This document shows, one piece after another, positions 50,850-63,028 of a stretch of DNA of 64,000 bases; the first letter of the stretch is position 1, and each line of letters starts with the position of its first letter. The notes under the pieces were generated by a model, which saw nothing but the letters and a program-made list of their open reading frames with translations, was not told the DNA's origin and made no database searches. Position numbers and translations under genes: made by a program. Origin of the DNA: Escherichia coli (GTDB taxonomy: Bacteria; Pseudomonadota; Gammaproteobacteria; Enterobacterales; Enterobacteriaceae); NCBI RefSeq assembly GCF_013315695.1, contig NZ_CP054353.1; one strand, given 5' to 3'.

Positions 50850-50983
50850 GAAAGGCTCTCCAGGTTACAGGCTTTTCCTGCCCGATGCTAAAACGGACAA
50901 CAGTACCAGGTTACCCCAGTACTGTTGCTGTATGGATTAACAGGAGTGTAATCAAAATACGCCGATTTTGCACCTGTTCCGTG

Positions 50984-51478
50984 TTAGCGCGTCTTAATAA
51001 CCAGACGATTACTCTGCTTGACTTCTTCCATAACAACGTATGTCCGTGTGTCATTGACGCCAGGCAGACGCAGCAGGGTTTCCCCCAGCAACTTACGGTA
51101 AGCTGACATATCCGGCACGCGTGTTTTCAACAGGTAGTCGAAATCACCGGACACTAAATGACACTCCTGAATTTCTTCAAGTTTTTGTACAGCGGTATTG
51201 AATTGTTCAAACACATCCGGTGCGCCACGATTCAGAGTAATCTCAACGAATACCAGAAGTGATGCATCCAGATAATGGGGGTTCAGCAGCGCCGTATAGC
51301 CCTGAATAAACCCTTGTCTTTCCAGCCGACGCACACGCTCAAGGCACGGCGTTGGGGAAAGTCCCACACGTTTAGAAAGCTCGACGTTAGAAATACGCCC
51401 ATCCTTTTGCAACTCATTAAGAATGTTACGATCGATACGGTCGAGATCTTTGCCAGGGCGCTTCTTGCTATCTACCAT
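50984..51478 (-). CDS. lrp: Leucine-responsive regulatory protein
   Basis: MVDSKKRPGKDLDRIDRNILNELQKDGRISNVELSKRVGLS..., 164 aa. Confidence 0.98.
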   Translation of the reverse strand: MVDSKKRPGKDLDRIDRNILNELQKDGRISNVELSKRVGLSPTPCLERVRRLERQGFIQGYTALLNPHYLDASLLVFVEITLNRGAPDVFEQFNTAVQKLEEIQECHLVSGDFDYLLKTRVPDMSAYRKLLGETLLRLPGVNDTRTYVVMEEVKQSNRLVIKTR

Positions 51479-51905
51479 TATTATTGTCTCTCTGTATTCC
51501 TTCCCTACTCCTGTCTGACCCTGAAACATCACTGTTCAGAGTCGCTACCCGTCACGATAGACCGAAATCATGAAGATTCACGGCGCGCAATGCCTGGGTC
51601 TACGGTGAGAAGACCGTTGCCTTGTGGCAGCTATCGACATCACGAATGGCGTCTGTCCACGCCATACGTAGATTTCACTAGCACGGTAAACATGGTATTT
51701 ACATGCATGATTATGCGCATATAAGAATACTGTTTTTTTTCTTCCTAGAATGTTTTCGCAAAACACCAGGGGATTGTCAAAGCAAAACATCGATTTTTAG
51801 TACAACATGCCAGATATTCATTAACAGGGGCGTTTATTCATCATTTAATCGGCTTATAAAGCGGGAAATTTAAGTAGCAGAGGTGATAATGACGGGAGAA
51901 TTTGA

Positions 51906-52988
<1,083 letters not shown>

Positions 52989-53110
52989 TTTTACAAATCA
53001 GTAACAAAAGTAAAGAAGGCGACACCATGCGACTATGGGTCGCCTTTATTTTTTCCTCGTTGTAACATTGCTCTGCAAATAATTCTGATAACTCACCTGC
53101 TAAGCGTGCA

Positions 53111-54877
53111 ATGAATAAATCCCGTCAAAAAGAGTTAACCCGCTGGTTAAAACAGCAAAGCGTCATCTCCCAACGTTGGCTGAATATTTCTCGTCTGCTG
53201 GGCTTTGTGAGCGGCATATTGATCATTGCCCAGGCCTGGTTCATGGCGCGAATTCTGCAACATATGATTATGGAGAATATTCCCCGTGAAGCCCTGCTGC
53301 TTCCCTTTACGTTACTGGTTCTGACCTTTGTACTGCGCGCATGGGTGGTCTGGTTACGCGAACGGGTGGGTTATCACGCCGGGCAGCATATCCGCTTTGC
53401 CATCCGCCGTCAGGTTCTCGACCGTCTGCAACAAGCAGGGCCAGCGTGGATTCAGGGTAAACCGGCGGGGAGCTGGGCGACGCTGGTACTCGAGCAAATT
53501 GACGATATGCATGATTACTATGCACGCTACCTGCCGCAAATGGCGCTGGCAGTGTCGGTGCCGTTGCTGATTGTGGTGGCTATCTTCCCCTCTAACTGGG
53601 CTGCGGCGCTCATTCTGCTGGGCACTGCTCCGTTAATTCCGTTGTTTATGGCGCTGGTTGGAATGGGGGCTGCCGATGCTAACCGACGTAACTTTCTCGC
53701 TCTTGCTCGCTTAAGTGGGCATTTTCTCGATCGCCTGCGCGGCATGGAAACATTGCGTATTTTTGGTCGTGGTGAAGCTGAAATTGAAAGTATTCGTTCT
53801 GCTTCGGAAGATTTCCGCCAACGGACAATGGAAGTGCTACGGCTGGCGTTTTTATCCTCCGGCATTCTCGAATTTTTTACCTCGCTGTCAATTGCTCTGG
53901 TGGCGGTCTACTTTGGTTTTTCCTACCTCGGCGAGCTGGATTTTGGTCACTACGATACTGGCGTGACGCTGGCTGCGGGTTTTCTGGCCCTGATCCTTGC
54001 GCCAGAGTTTTTCCAGCCATTACGCGATCTCGGTACGTTTTATCATGCTAAAGCCCAGGCTGTTGGTGCAGCTGACAGTTTGAAAACGTTTATGGAAACC
54101 CCGCTCGCCCATCCGCAGCGCGGTGAGGCGGAATTAGCATCGACCGAGCCGGTGACCATTGAAGCCGAGGATCTGTTTATCACGTCGCCGGAAGGTAAAA
54201 CGCTGGCCGGACCGCTGAATTTTACTTTGCCAGCAGGCCAACGAGCAGTGTTGGTTGGTCGCAGCGGTTCAGGTAAAAGTTCACTGTTGAACGCGCTTTC
54301 TGGTTTTCTCTCATATCAGGGATCGCTACGAATCAACGGGATAGAATTACGCGATTTATCACCGGAATCATGGCGTAAGCATCTCTCCTGGGTTGGGCAA
54401 AACCCACAATTACCGGCAGCAACACTACGGGATAACGTACTACTGGCACGACCTGATGCCAGCGAACACGAGTTACAAACAGCGCTGGATAACGCTTGGG
54501 TCAGTGAGTTTCTACCGCTCCTGCCACAAGGCGTTGATACGCCTGTTGGCGACCAGGCTGCCCGCCTTTCCGTGGGGCAGGCACAGCGCGTGGCGGTGGC
54601 CCGTGCGTTACTAAATCCCTGTTCGCTATTACTGTTGGATGAACCCGCTGCCAGCCTTGATGCTCACAGTGAACAGCGCGTAATGGAGGCGCTGAATGCC
54701 GCCTCTCTGCGCCAGACAACGTTAATGGTCACCCACCAGTTAGAAGATCTTGCTGACTGGGATGTCATTTGGGTAATGCAGGATGGTCAGATTATTGAGC
54801 AAGGACGTTACGCGGAATTAAGCGTGGCTGGTGGTCCTTTCGCCACATTGCTGGCCCATCGTCAGGAGGAGATTTAA
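53111..54877 (+). CDS. cydD: Glutathione/cysteine ABC exporter subunit CydD
   Basis: 588 aa, TMD plus NBD (GRSGSGKSS). Confidence 0.97.
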   Translation: MNKSRQKELTRWLKQQSVISQRWLNISRLLGFVSGILIIAQAWFMARILQHMIMENIPREALLLPFTLLVLTFVLRAWVVWLRERVGYHAGQHIRFAIRRQVLDRLQQAGPAWIQGKPAGSWATLVLEQIDDMHDYYARYLPQMALAVSVPLLIVVAIFPSNWAAALILLGTAPLIPLFMALVGMGAADANRRNFLALARLSGHFLDRLRGMETLRIFGRGEAEIESIRSASEDFRQRTMEVLRLAFLSSGILEFFTSLSIALVAVYFGFSYLGELDFGHYDTGVTLAAGFLALILAPEFFQPLRDLGTFYHAKAQAVGAADSLKTFMETPLAHPQRGEAELASTEPVTIEAEDLFITSPEGKTLAGPLNFTLPAGQRAVLVGRSGSGKSSLLNALSGFLSYQGSLRINGIELRDLSPESWRKHLSWVGQNPQLPAATLRDNVLLARPDASEHELQTALDNAWVSEFLPLLPQGVDTPVGDQAARLSVGQAQRVAVARALLNPCSLLLLDEPAASLDAHSEQRVMEALNAASLRQTTLMVTHQLEDLADWDVIWVMQDGQIIEQGRYAELSVAGGPFATLLAHRQEEI

Positions 54878-56599
54878 ATGCGCGCTTTGCTACCCTATCT
54901 GGCACTGTATAAACGTCATAAATGGATGTTAAGTCTTGGTATTGTGCTGGCAATTGTCACGCTGCTCGCCAGTATCGGTCTGTTGACACTTTCCGGCTGG
55001 TTCCTCTCCGCCTCAGCGGTAGCGGGGGTTGCCGGACTGTACAGCTTCAACTATATGCTACCCGCTGCGGGCGTGCGTGGCGCAGCAATCACCCGTACTG
55101 CCGGGCGCTATTTTGAACGTCTGGTAAGTCACGACGCGACTTTCCGCGTGTTGCAGCATCTGCGCATTTATACCTTCAGCAAATTGCTGCCCCTCTCCCC
55201 TGCCGGACTGGCGCGCTATCGTCAGGGCGAATTGCTCAACCGCGTGGTGGCGGATGTTGATACGCTCGATCATCTTTACCTGCGCGTTATCTCGCCGCTG
55301 GTGGGCGCTTTTGTGGTGATTATGGTGGTGACAATCGGGTTAAGTTTCCTTGATTTCACCCTCGCCTTTACGCTGGGCGGCATTATGTTACTGACGCTTT
55401 TCCTTATGCCACCACTGTTTTATCGTGCGGGAAAAAGCACCGGGCAAAATCTGACTCATCTTCGCGGGCAGTATCGCCAACAACTGACGGCCTGGCTGCA
55501 AGGGCAAGCTGAGCTGACCATTTTTGGTGCCAGCGATCGTTATCGCACGCAGTTAGAGAATACCGAAATTCAGTGGCTGGAAGCGCAACGTCGTCAATCT
55601 GAACTCACCGCATTGTCGCAAGCGATAATGCTGCTCATTGGCGCGTTAGCGGTGATCCTGATGCTGTGGATGGCGTCTGGCGGCGTTGGCGGCAATGCTC
55701 AACCCGGCGCGTTAATTGCCCTGTTTGTCTTCTGCGCGTTAGCCGCGTTTGAAGCACTGGCACCAGTAACGGGTGCATTTCAGCATCTGGGGCAAGTCAT
55801 TGCCTCTGCCGTACGGATCACTGACTTAACGGATCAAAAACCGGAGGTCACCTTCCCTGATACCCAAACTCGTGTTGCCGATCGCGTTTCGCTGACGTTA
55901 CGGGATGTTCAGTTCACTTATCCGGAGCAATCCCAACAGGCACTTGAAGGGATTTCTCTTCAGGTAAACGCCGGAGAACATATAGCGATTCTCGGGCGAA
56001 CCGGATGCGGCAAATCAACATTGTTACAACTGCTGACCCGCGCATGGGACCCGCAACAGGGCGAGATTTTGCTTAACGATAGCCCCATAGCCAGCCTGAA
56101 TGAAGCGACTCTACGACAGACCATCAGCGTTGTGCCACAGCGAGTGCATCTGTTTAGCGCCACGCTGCGTGATAATCTGTTACTCGCCTCACCTGGCAGT
56201 AGTGATGAGGCTCTGGCGGAGATCTTACGTCGCGTTGGTCTGGAGAAGCTGCTCGAGGATGCAGGTCTCAACAGTTGGTTAGGTGAAGGCGGACGCCAGC
56301 TCTCCGGTGGTGAACTGCGCCGTCTGGCTATCGCCCGTGCGCTGTTACATGATGCGCCGCTGGTATTGCTGGATGAACCTACAGAAGGCTTAGATGCCAC
56401 AACCGAAAGTCAGATCCTTGAATTGCTTGCAGAAATGATGTGCGAGAAAACGGTGTTAATGGTCACCCATCGACTTCGCGGACTCTCTCGTTTCCAACAA
56501 ATAATAGTGATGGACAACGGGCAAATTATTGAGCAAGGTACTCACGCAGAACTGCTTGCCAGACAGGGGCGTTATTACCAGTTTAAGCAGGGTTTGTAA
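54878..56599 (+). CDS. cydC: Glutathione/cysteine ABC exporter subunit CydC
   Basis: 573 aa, TMD plus NBD (GRTGCGKST). Abuts cydD. Confidence 0.97.
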   Translation: MRALLPYLALYKRHKWMLSLGIVLAIVTLLASIGLLTLSGWFLSASAVAGVAGLYSFNYMLPAAGVRGAAITRTAGRYFERLVSHDATFRVLQHLRIYTFSKLLPLSPAGLARYRQGELLNRVVADVDTLDHLYLRVISPLVGAFVVIMVVTIGLSFLDFTLAFTLGGIMLLTLFLMPPLFYRAGKSTGQNLTHLRGQYRQQLTAWLQGQAELTIFGASDRYRTQLENTEIQWLEAQRRQSELTALSQAIMLLIGALAVILMLWMASGGVGGNAQPGALIALFVFCALAAFEALAPVTGAFQHLGQVIASAVRITDLTDQKPEVTFPDTQTRVADRVSLTLRDVQFTYPEQSQQALEGISLQVNAGEHIAILGRTGCGKSTLLQLLTRAWDPQQGEILLNDSPIASLNEATLRQTISVVPQRVHLFSATLRDNLLLASPGSSDEALAEILRRVGLEKLLEDAGLNSWLGEGGRQLSGGELRRLAIARALLHDAPLVLLDEPTEGLDATTESQILELLAEMMCEKTVLMVTHRLRGLSRFQQIIVMDNGQIIEQGTHAELLARQGRYYQFKQGL

Positions 56600-56640
56600 G
56601 CTATTATTGAACGATCCGACTTGCGTGGAGTTTTGCGGTC

Positions 56641-57345
56641 ATGCGCCTGGTTCAGCTTTCTCGCCATTCAATAGCCTTCCCTTCCCCGGAAGGCGCATTA
56701 CGTGAGCCTAACGGCCTGCTGGCACTGGGGGGCGATCTTAGCCCTGCGCGCCTGTTAATGGCTTATCAGCGTGGTATTTTCCCGTGGTTTTCTCCAGGCG
56801 ACCCCATCCTCTGGTGGTCGCCCGATCCTCGCGCGGTACTATGGCCTGAATCATTGCATATCAGCCGTAGTATGAAACGATTTCATAAACGCTCGCCCTA
56901 TCGTGTCACGATGAATTACGCCTTTGGTCAGGTCATTGAAGGCTGTGCCAGCGATCGCGAAGAAGGAACCTGGATCACGCGTGGCGTGGTCGAAGCCTAC
57001 CATCGTCTTCACGAACTCGGTCATGCCCACTCCATCGAAGTCTGGTGTGAAGATGAGCTTGTTGGCGGTATGTACGGTGTGGCCCAGGGAACACTATTTT
57101 GTGGCGAGTCCATGTTCAGCCGGATGGAAAATGCGTCTAAAACGGCGCTTCTGGTATTCTGTGAGGAATTTATCGGTCATGGCGGTAAACTTATCGACTG
57201 CCAGGTCCTTAACGATCACACAGCGTCGCTTGGTGCCTGCGAAATTCCCCGCCGGGATTACCTCAATTATCTCAATCAAATGCGCCTCGGACGATTGCCG
57301 AATAATTTCTGGGTACCACGGTGCTTGTTTTCACCACAAGAATGA
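56641..57345 (+). CDS. aat: Leucyl/phenylalanyl-tRNA--protein transferase
   Basis: 234 aa, [31 protein letters not shown]... Confidence 0.97.
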   Translation: MRLVQLSRHSIAFPSPEGALREPNGLLALGGDLSPARLLMAYQRGIFPWFSPGDPILWWSPDPRAVLWPESLHISRSMKRFHKRSPYRVTMNYAFGQVIEGCASDREEGTWITRGVVEAYHRLHELGHAHSIEVWCEDELVGGMYGVAQGTLFCGESMFSRMENASKTALLVFCEEFIGHGGKLIDCQVLNDHTASLGACEIPRRDYLNYLNQMRLGRLPNNFWVPRCLFSPQE

Positions 57346-57625
57346 ATGTTTTCGGCACATTTCTCCCCAGAGTGTTATAATTGCGGTCGCAGAGTTGGTT
57401 ACGCTCATTACCCCGCTGCCGATAAGGAATTTTCGCGTCAGGTAACGCCTATCGTTTATCTCACCGCTCCCTTATACGTTGCGCTTTTGGTGCGGCTTAG
57501 CCGTGTGTTTTCGGAGTAATGTGCCGAACCTGTTTGTTGCGATTTAGCGCGCAAATCTTTACTTATTTACAGAACTTCGGCATTATCTTGCCGGTTCAAA
57601 TTACGGTAGTGATACCCCAGAGGAT

Positions 57626-57847
<222 letters not shown>

Positions 57848-58100
57848 TTGTTTTACCGCCTGATGGGCGAAGAGAAAGAACGAGTAAAAGGTCGGTTTAA
57901 CCGGCCTTTTTATTTTGTGATATGTAGGAAGTACTTTGGAAGTATAAGTCCATAACTTGTCTCGATGTAGATATACTGCACAACTTGTTTACAGTATGAG
58001 CAAACAATAATTATCATTAAAATTCTTCTTGACCGTTTTACTCCAACTCCCTATAGTAGCGCCCCGTTGCCCCCCATGAGGTCAGGCAGCAAAACAATTT

Positions 58101-58188
58101 GGTGAGGTGTCCGAGTGGCTGAAGGAGCACGCCTGGAAAGTGTGTATACGGCAACGTATCGGGGGTTCGAATCCCCCCCTCACCGCCA
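58101..58188 (+). tRNA. serW: tRNA-Ser (anticodon GGA)
   Basis: GGTGAGGTGTCCGAGTGGCTGAAGGAGCACGCCTGGAAAGTGTG...GGTTCGAATCCCCCCCTCACCGCCA. It has a long variable arm, a T-loop and a CCA end. Confidence 0.97.
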
Positions 58189-58202
58189 TATTCAAAGAAG
58201 AG

Positions 58203-58228
58203 CTCGTACGAAAGTACGAGTTTTTTTT
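58203..58228 (+). terminator. serW intrinsic terminator
   Basis: ctcgtac-gaaa-gtacgag plus T8. Confidence 0.85.
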
Positions 58229-58230
58229 CG

Positions 58231-58318
58231 CATTTTATCTGCCTGTACGGCAGTGAACGGTATAAAAATCGAGTTTTTCTTTCGGTTGGCTTTCTAAGCT
58301 GCCTGTACGGCAGTGAAC
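58231..58318 (-). CRISPR. Orphan type I-F mini-array: 2 repeats, 1 spacer
   Basis: Minus-strand repeat GTTCACTGCCGTACAGGCAGCTTAGAAA is perfect at 58291-58318. The copy at 58231-58258 is degenerate in its last 8 nt. The spacer is 32 nt (58259-58290). No cas genes in the window. Confidence 0.8.
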
Positions 58319-58529
58319 TCAAATACTACACGTTTAGCTCGTTGTTGATAAAGAAAAATCATCTCATTTTCCTGCCGCACCCTTTTTTATTCTTACCTTC
58401 CAGCACCATTAATTATCAACAACTTACCTTCACATCCAAAAATAGGGTTTTCACCGTTCCACCCTACAAACAAAAAGTCCGTAACCTCTTTCGAGATTAC
58501 GGACTTCACCAACCTACCTAACAATTAGA

Positions 58530-60806
58530 TTAATGCGCTGCTTCCGCCTTGTGCTTTTGTGCACTCTGGAATCCGTAAGTCAGCTCATTTTTCTCTTTAT
58601 CCAGCGCAACCGTCACCTGACCGCCGTCCACCAGCGAACCAAACAACAGTTCGTTGGCGAGCGGTTTTTTCAGGTTGTCCTGGATGACACGCGCCATCGG
58701 ACGTGCGCCCATTGCCCGGTCGTAACCTTTCTCGGCCAGCCAGTTACGCGCTTCCTGGCTCACTTCCAGAGAAACACCTTTCTGATCCAGCTGAACCTGC
58801 AACTCGACGATGAATTTATCCACTACCTGATGGATCACGTCGGTGGAGAGATGATCGAACCAGATAATGTTGTCGAGACGGTTACGAAACTCCGGCGTAA
58901 AGATCTTCTTGATCTCTTCCATCGCATCGGTGCTGTTGTCCTGGTGGATAAGACCAATCGATTTACGCTCAGTTTCTCGTACCCCAGCGTTGGTGGTCAT
59001 CACCAATACCACGTTACGGAAGTCCGCTTTGCGTCCGTTGTTATCGGTCAGCGTACCGTTGTCCATCACCTGCAACAGAATATTGAACACGTCCGGATGC
59101 GCTTTCTCGATTTCGTCCAGCAGCAGTACCGCGTGCGGATGCTTGATTACCGCATCGGTCAGCAGCCCCCCCTGATCAAAACCAACGTATCCCGGAGGCG
59201 CACCAATCAGACGGCTGACGGTATGGCGTTCCATATACTCGGACATATCAAAGCGCAGAAGCTCAATGCCCAAAGCTTTCGAAAGCTGTACCGTCACCTC
59301 TGTTTTCCCGACCCCGGTAGGGCCGGCAAACAGGAACGAACCGACCGGTTTATGTTCGTGACCTAAACCTGCACGCGCCATCTTAATGGCTTCAGTCAGC
59401 GCCTCAATGGCTTTATCCTGACCGAAGACCAGCATTTTCAGGCGATCGCCGAGGTTTTTCAGGGTATCGCGGTCACTCTGAGAAACACTCTTCTCTGGAA
59501 TGCGTGCAATACGGGCCACCACGGACTCAATATCCGCCACATTAACGGTTTTCTTGCGTTTGCTGACCGGCATCAGACGCGCGCGAGCGCCCGCTTCGTC
59601 GATAACATCAATCGCTTTATCCGGCAGATGACGATCGTTAATGTATTTCACCGCCAACTCTACCGCCGCACGCACCGCTTTTGCGGTATAACGCACGTCG
59701 TGGTGCGCTTCATACTTCGGTTTCAGGCCATTGATGATTTGAACAGTTTCTTCGATCGACGGTTCAGTAATATCAATTTTCTGGAAGCGACGCGCCAGAG
59801 CACGGTCTTTCTCGAAAATGTTGCTGAACTCCTGATAGGTTGTCGAACCAATTACGCGAATTTTACCGCTGGAGAGCAGCGGTTTGATCAGGTTAGCCGC
59901 ATCGACCTGGCCACCAGACGCTGCACCCGCACCGATAATGGTGTGGATCTCATCAATAAACAGGATGCTGTTAGTGTCCTGCTCCAGCTGCTTGAGCAAC
60001 GCTTTAAAACGTTTTTCAAAGTCGCCGCGATATTTTGTGCCCGCTAACAGAGAACCGATATCGAGAGAGTAAATCGTACAGTCAGCCATCACTTCCGGCA
60101 CATCGCCCTGAACAATTCGCCAGGCAAGACCTTCCGCAATCGCGGTTTTACCGACACCAGACTCCCCCACCAGCAGCGGGTTGTTTTTACGGCGACGGCA
60201 GAGAACCTGAATAGCACGCTCCAGCTCCTTCTCACGACCAATCAGTGGGTCGATTCCGCCCACTCGCGCAAGCTGATTCAGGTTCGTCGTGAAATTCTCC
60301 ATACGTTCCTCCCCACCAGCTTGTTCTTCGCTGTTTGGCTGGCTGCCAGGATCAGAAGACTGTGTCGGCTCGTCTTTACGCGTGCCATGAGAGATAAAGT
60401 TCACCACATCGAGACGGCTGACTTCATGTTTACGCAACAGATATGCCGCCTGCGACTCCTGTTCGCTAAAGATAGCGACCAGAACGTTTGCACCGGTAAC
60501 CTCATTGCGACCGGAGGACTGGACATGGAAGACCGCACGTTGCAGTACACGCTGAAAACTCAGCGTCGGCTGTGTGTCGCGCTCCTCTTCACTGGCAGGC
60601 AGAACGGGTGTGGTTTGTTCAATAAAGGCTTCCAGTTCCTGACGGAGCGCAACCAAATCCACAGAACACGCTTCCAGCGCCTCCCGGGCAGATGGGTTAC
60701 TGAGCAGCGCCAGTAACAAGTGCTCGACGGTCATAAACTCATGACGGTGCTCGCGCGCTCTGGCGAAAGCCATATTTAAACTGAGTTCCAGTTCTTGATT
60801 GAGCAT
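58530..60806 (-). CDS. clpA: ATP-dependent Clp protease ATPase subunit ClpA
   Basis: [24 protein letters not shown]..., 758 aa, with two AAA+ modules. Confidence 0.98.
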   Translation of the reverse strand: MLNQELELSLNMAFARAREHRHEFMTVEHLLLALLSNPSAREALEACSVDLVALRQELEAFIEQTTPVLPASEEERDTQPTLSFQRVLQRAVFHVQSSGRNEVTGANVLVAIFSEQESQAAYLLRKHEVSRLDVVNFISHGTRKDEPTQSSDPGSQPNSEEQAGGEERMENFTTNLNQLARVGGIDPLIGREKELERAIQVLCRRRKNNPLLVGESGVGKTAIAEGLAWRIVQGDVPEVMADCTIYSLDIGSLLAGTKYRGDFEKRFKALLKQLEQDTNSILFIDEIHTIIGAGAASGGQVDAANLIKPLLSSGKIRVIGSTTYQEFSNIFEKDRALARRFQKIDITEPSIEETVQIINGLKPKYEAHHDVRYTAKAVRAAVELAVKYINDRHLPDKAIDVIDEAGARARLMPVSKRKKTVNVADIESVVARIARIPEKSVSQSDRDTLKNLGDRLKMLVFGQDKAIEALTEAIKMARAGLGHEHKPVGSFLFAGPTGVGKTEVTVQLSKALGIELLRFDMSEYMERHTVSRLIGAPPGYVGFDQGGLLTDAVIKHPHAVLLLDEIEKAHPDVFNILLQVMDNGTLTDNNGRKADFRNVVLVMTTNAGVRETERKSIGLIHQDNSTDAMEEIKKIFTPEFRNRLDNIIWFDHLSTDVIHQVVDKFIVELQVQLDQKGVSLEVSQEARNWLAEKGYDRAMGARPMARVIQDNLKKPLANELLFGSLVDGGQVTVALDKEKNELTYGFQSAQKHKAEAAH

Positions 60807-60836
60807 AGGCACCTCCCCCAATTTTTATGCCTGCAT

Positions 60837-61157
60837 TCAGGCTTTTTCTAGCGTACACAGCAATGGATGCTCATTCTCCCTCGCGTACTTGTTCACCATC
60901 GCCACTTTGGTTTCTGCAACCTCGGCGGTAAAGACTCCGCAAATGGCCTTCCCCTGGTAGTGAACAGCGAGCATCAATTGCGTTGCACGTTCTACATCAT
61001 AAGAAAAGAATTTTTGTAACACGTCAATAACAAACTCCATCGGAGTGTAATCATCATTGACTAATATCACTTTATACATAGATGGCGGTTTTAGCGCGTC
61101 GCGAACTTTTTCTTCCGCCAGTTGATCAAAGTCCAGCCAGTCGTTCGTTTTACCCAT
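60837..61157 (-). CDS. clpS: ClpA adaptor ClpS
   Basis: 106 aa, [43 protein letters not shown]... Confidence 0.98.
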
Positions 61158-61330
61158 TGTCAGTTATCATCTTCGGTTACGGTTATCGGCAGAACGCCCT
61201 GCCGCTGACAAGAGCTTATTTGCCTGACCAATCTACTCCACATGATAGATAACTATCATTTATAACATCTCATTGATTAGTCTTTATTTTTCATTGTGTT
61301 ACAAATAACAGCTCTGTCAAAAACAGCGAA

Positions 61331-61727
61331 ATTAACTACACCATTAACTACACCGTTTCACGAACAATATCGAACAACCACGAACAAAGATCAACACGCT
61401 TTAACCGTTATCATTTTCCGGCTATCCGTTATGAAGCTGGTGGATGTTCCCCGATATGGGGATCCCCACCTACCGGAATTTTTGCCAGGTTAAATGTTAA
61501 CCTCTGCCCTGTTAACATTTTTACCAAAAAGGTAGTTAACATTTTTTGCACGCAACCAGATGAATCATAAAGAAAAAATCAACAACAACGCTTCATCAGG
61601 CAGTTAACATGTTAACTACTACGAAACGGTAATTTTTTCTCTGCGTGAGAGGGGGCGCGGTGTCCAGCTTATTCGTTGTTCGTGGCTAACCACTCCCCCC
61701 CCATGCCGGATTTTTTTTCCGGTTAAC
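61331..61727. repeat. Iteron-like field of three short repeat families
   Basis: ATTAACTACACC x2 (61331, 61344). CGAACAA x3 at exact 10-bp phase (61361, 61371, 61381) plus one inverted copy (61676-61682). GTTAAC x6 (61496, 61511, 61535, 61603, 61611, 61722). Confidence 0.8.
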
Positions 61728-61748
61728 TGTTAATCAGGCTGGTGGGTT

Positions 61749-62037
61749 TTACATACCCTTGATCACCGTAATGATGATCCAGATCTGCACATTTCCACCA
61801 ATGGTGGAAAAGCCCACAGCAGGCCGCCCAGCCTCCACCAATGGGGTAAAAGCATCAACCGTAACGAAAGTCGTTATGGTTGCCACCGATACCCCAAATT
61901 TGGGTATCACGAGTAAGCCCCAAAATCTGGGTGTTACTCTTACCACCCAAACTACGGGTAGTTTCCGTAGTTTCATGGTCGAGTTGCAGATCTGCAACTC
62001 CCCCATTAACCACAGGCGAATTTCCGCCTTCGGTCAT
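61749..62037 (-). pseudogene. Small ORF split by a frameshift (60-aa plus ~38-aa parts)
   Basis: MTEGGNSPVVNGGVADLQLDH...GNHNDFRYG* continues in the +1 frame as VTVDAFTPLVEAGRPAVGFSTIGGNVQIWIIITVIKGM*. It contains the 20-bp palindrome at 61981-62000. Confidence 0.3.
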
Positions 62038-62293
62038 TCCTTAATCATCTGCGTAATCATAATGATTATTCAGCAAGCGCAATTTTGCGCTTTGCTTAAA
62101 GTTCAGCGAGTTACCGCGCCGACTTCCTCAAATTGAGGTTTCCGAAAATATCAGCGGGTTAGCGATTAAGCTGATCATTAATTAAACTGCGAAAATTTCG
62201 TAGTTTGTGACTGTCTTTCAGGCAGCTTGTTAACAGTCCTCAGAAGCGAGGGATGTAGCCACCCATTTTTGGTCCGTCGGGAATATCAACCAG

Positions 62294-62575
62294 TTACCGC
62301 CGCAACCGCTCCGGCTTCTTCCAGTGGTACGTTATTTTCTCCTTCTCCCGATACATCTCCACGCGGCGACGGTAGGCCAGCAACTCAAGAACTCTGGTTC
62401 GTATGTTGCGCATATCCACGCCATTAAGTTCTATACCATCACGGCGCATCACCTCCGCAACAACACGCGCATAATTTTCAGCGGTCACGCTGTCCGGCTG
62501 CGTGGCCTGTTCGTCAACCTGCTGGCTGATTCCGGCAACGCGGCGGATTAATCCCAGTATTTCGGCTTCTGTCAT
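62294..62575 (-). CDS. Hypothetical protein (93 aa) adjacent to cos-1
   Basis: Clean ORF MTEAEILGLIRRVAG...; its start lies 65 nt from the cos-1 cohesive-end sequence. Confidence 0.55.
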   Translation of the reverse strand: MTEAEILGLIRRVAGISQQVDEQATQPDSVTAENYARVVAEVMRRDGIELNGVDMRNIRTRVLELLAYRRRVEMYREKEKITYHWKKPERLRR

Positions 62576-62609
62576 TGTGCCCCCATCGTTCTGATAGTCT
62601 GGTGTCGTC

Positions 62610-62835
62610 GGGTCCTTCCTGGAATTATGGCCCGTTACGGGGCGGCGACCTCGCGGTTTTTCGCTATTTATGAGATTTTTTGAGGGGGTGGTTGTTGTTT
62701 AATTGTTTGGTATATCTAATTGATAAGTAAGGTAAAAATAAAATAAATACAACAACCTTACGATGTATTTTGATGTCATTAATGTGAAAAAATTCAATGA
62801 TATCAAATGGTTTTGTAAAAACACATGGTTGTTGT
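62610..62835 (+). other. Lambda-type cos site 1 (cosQ-cosN-cosB-like)
   Basis: gggtccttcctggaattatggcccgttacg|GGGCGGCGACCT(62640-62651)|cgcggtttttcgctatttatgag, followed by GGTTGTTGT at 62690(+), 62749(-) and 62827(+). Confidence 0.7.
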
Positions 62836-63028
62836 ATCGCGTATTTGATGGCGTAACAGAAAGTGATTTTTAACTTTACCGCTCTGTAACTACGGATTAT
62901 TCCATGCTGGCACGGAGAACGGCTACGGCATGACGCCACCCAGCCTATACAGCACAGTAAAGCCGATAAATTGTTAATCACGCGCAGCAATGCGTGTGAT
63001 TTTTGCACACTTCCGGTTAACGGGTACG

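Noticed and set aside
58231-58318. An active CRISPR-Cas system.
   Set aside because: There are only two repeats (one degenerate) and one spacer, with no cas genes within the window. I treat it as an orphan remnant.
62664-63008. 114-aa minus-strand ORF between the two cos sites, considered as a possible small terminase.
   Set aside because: It is extremely AT-rich with Ile/Lys/Phe/Cys-rich nonsense-like composition. It overlies the cosB-1 repeats and has no HTH resembling Nu1 and no SD.
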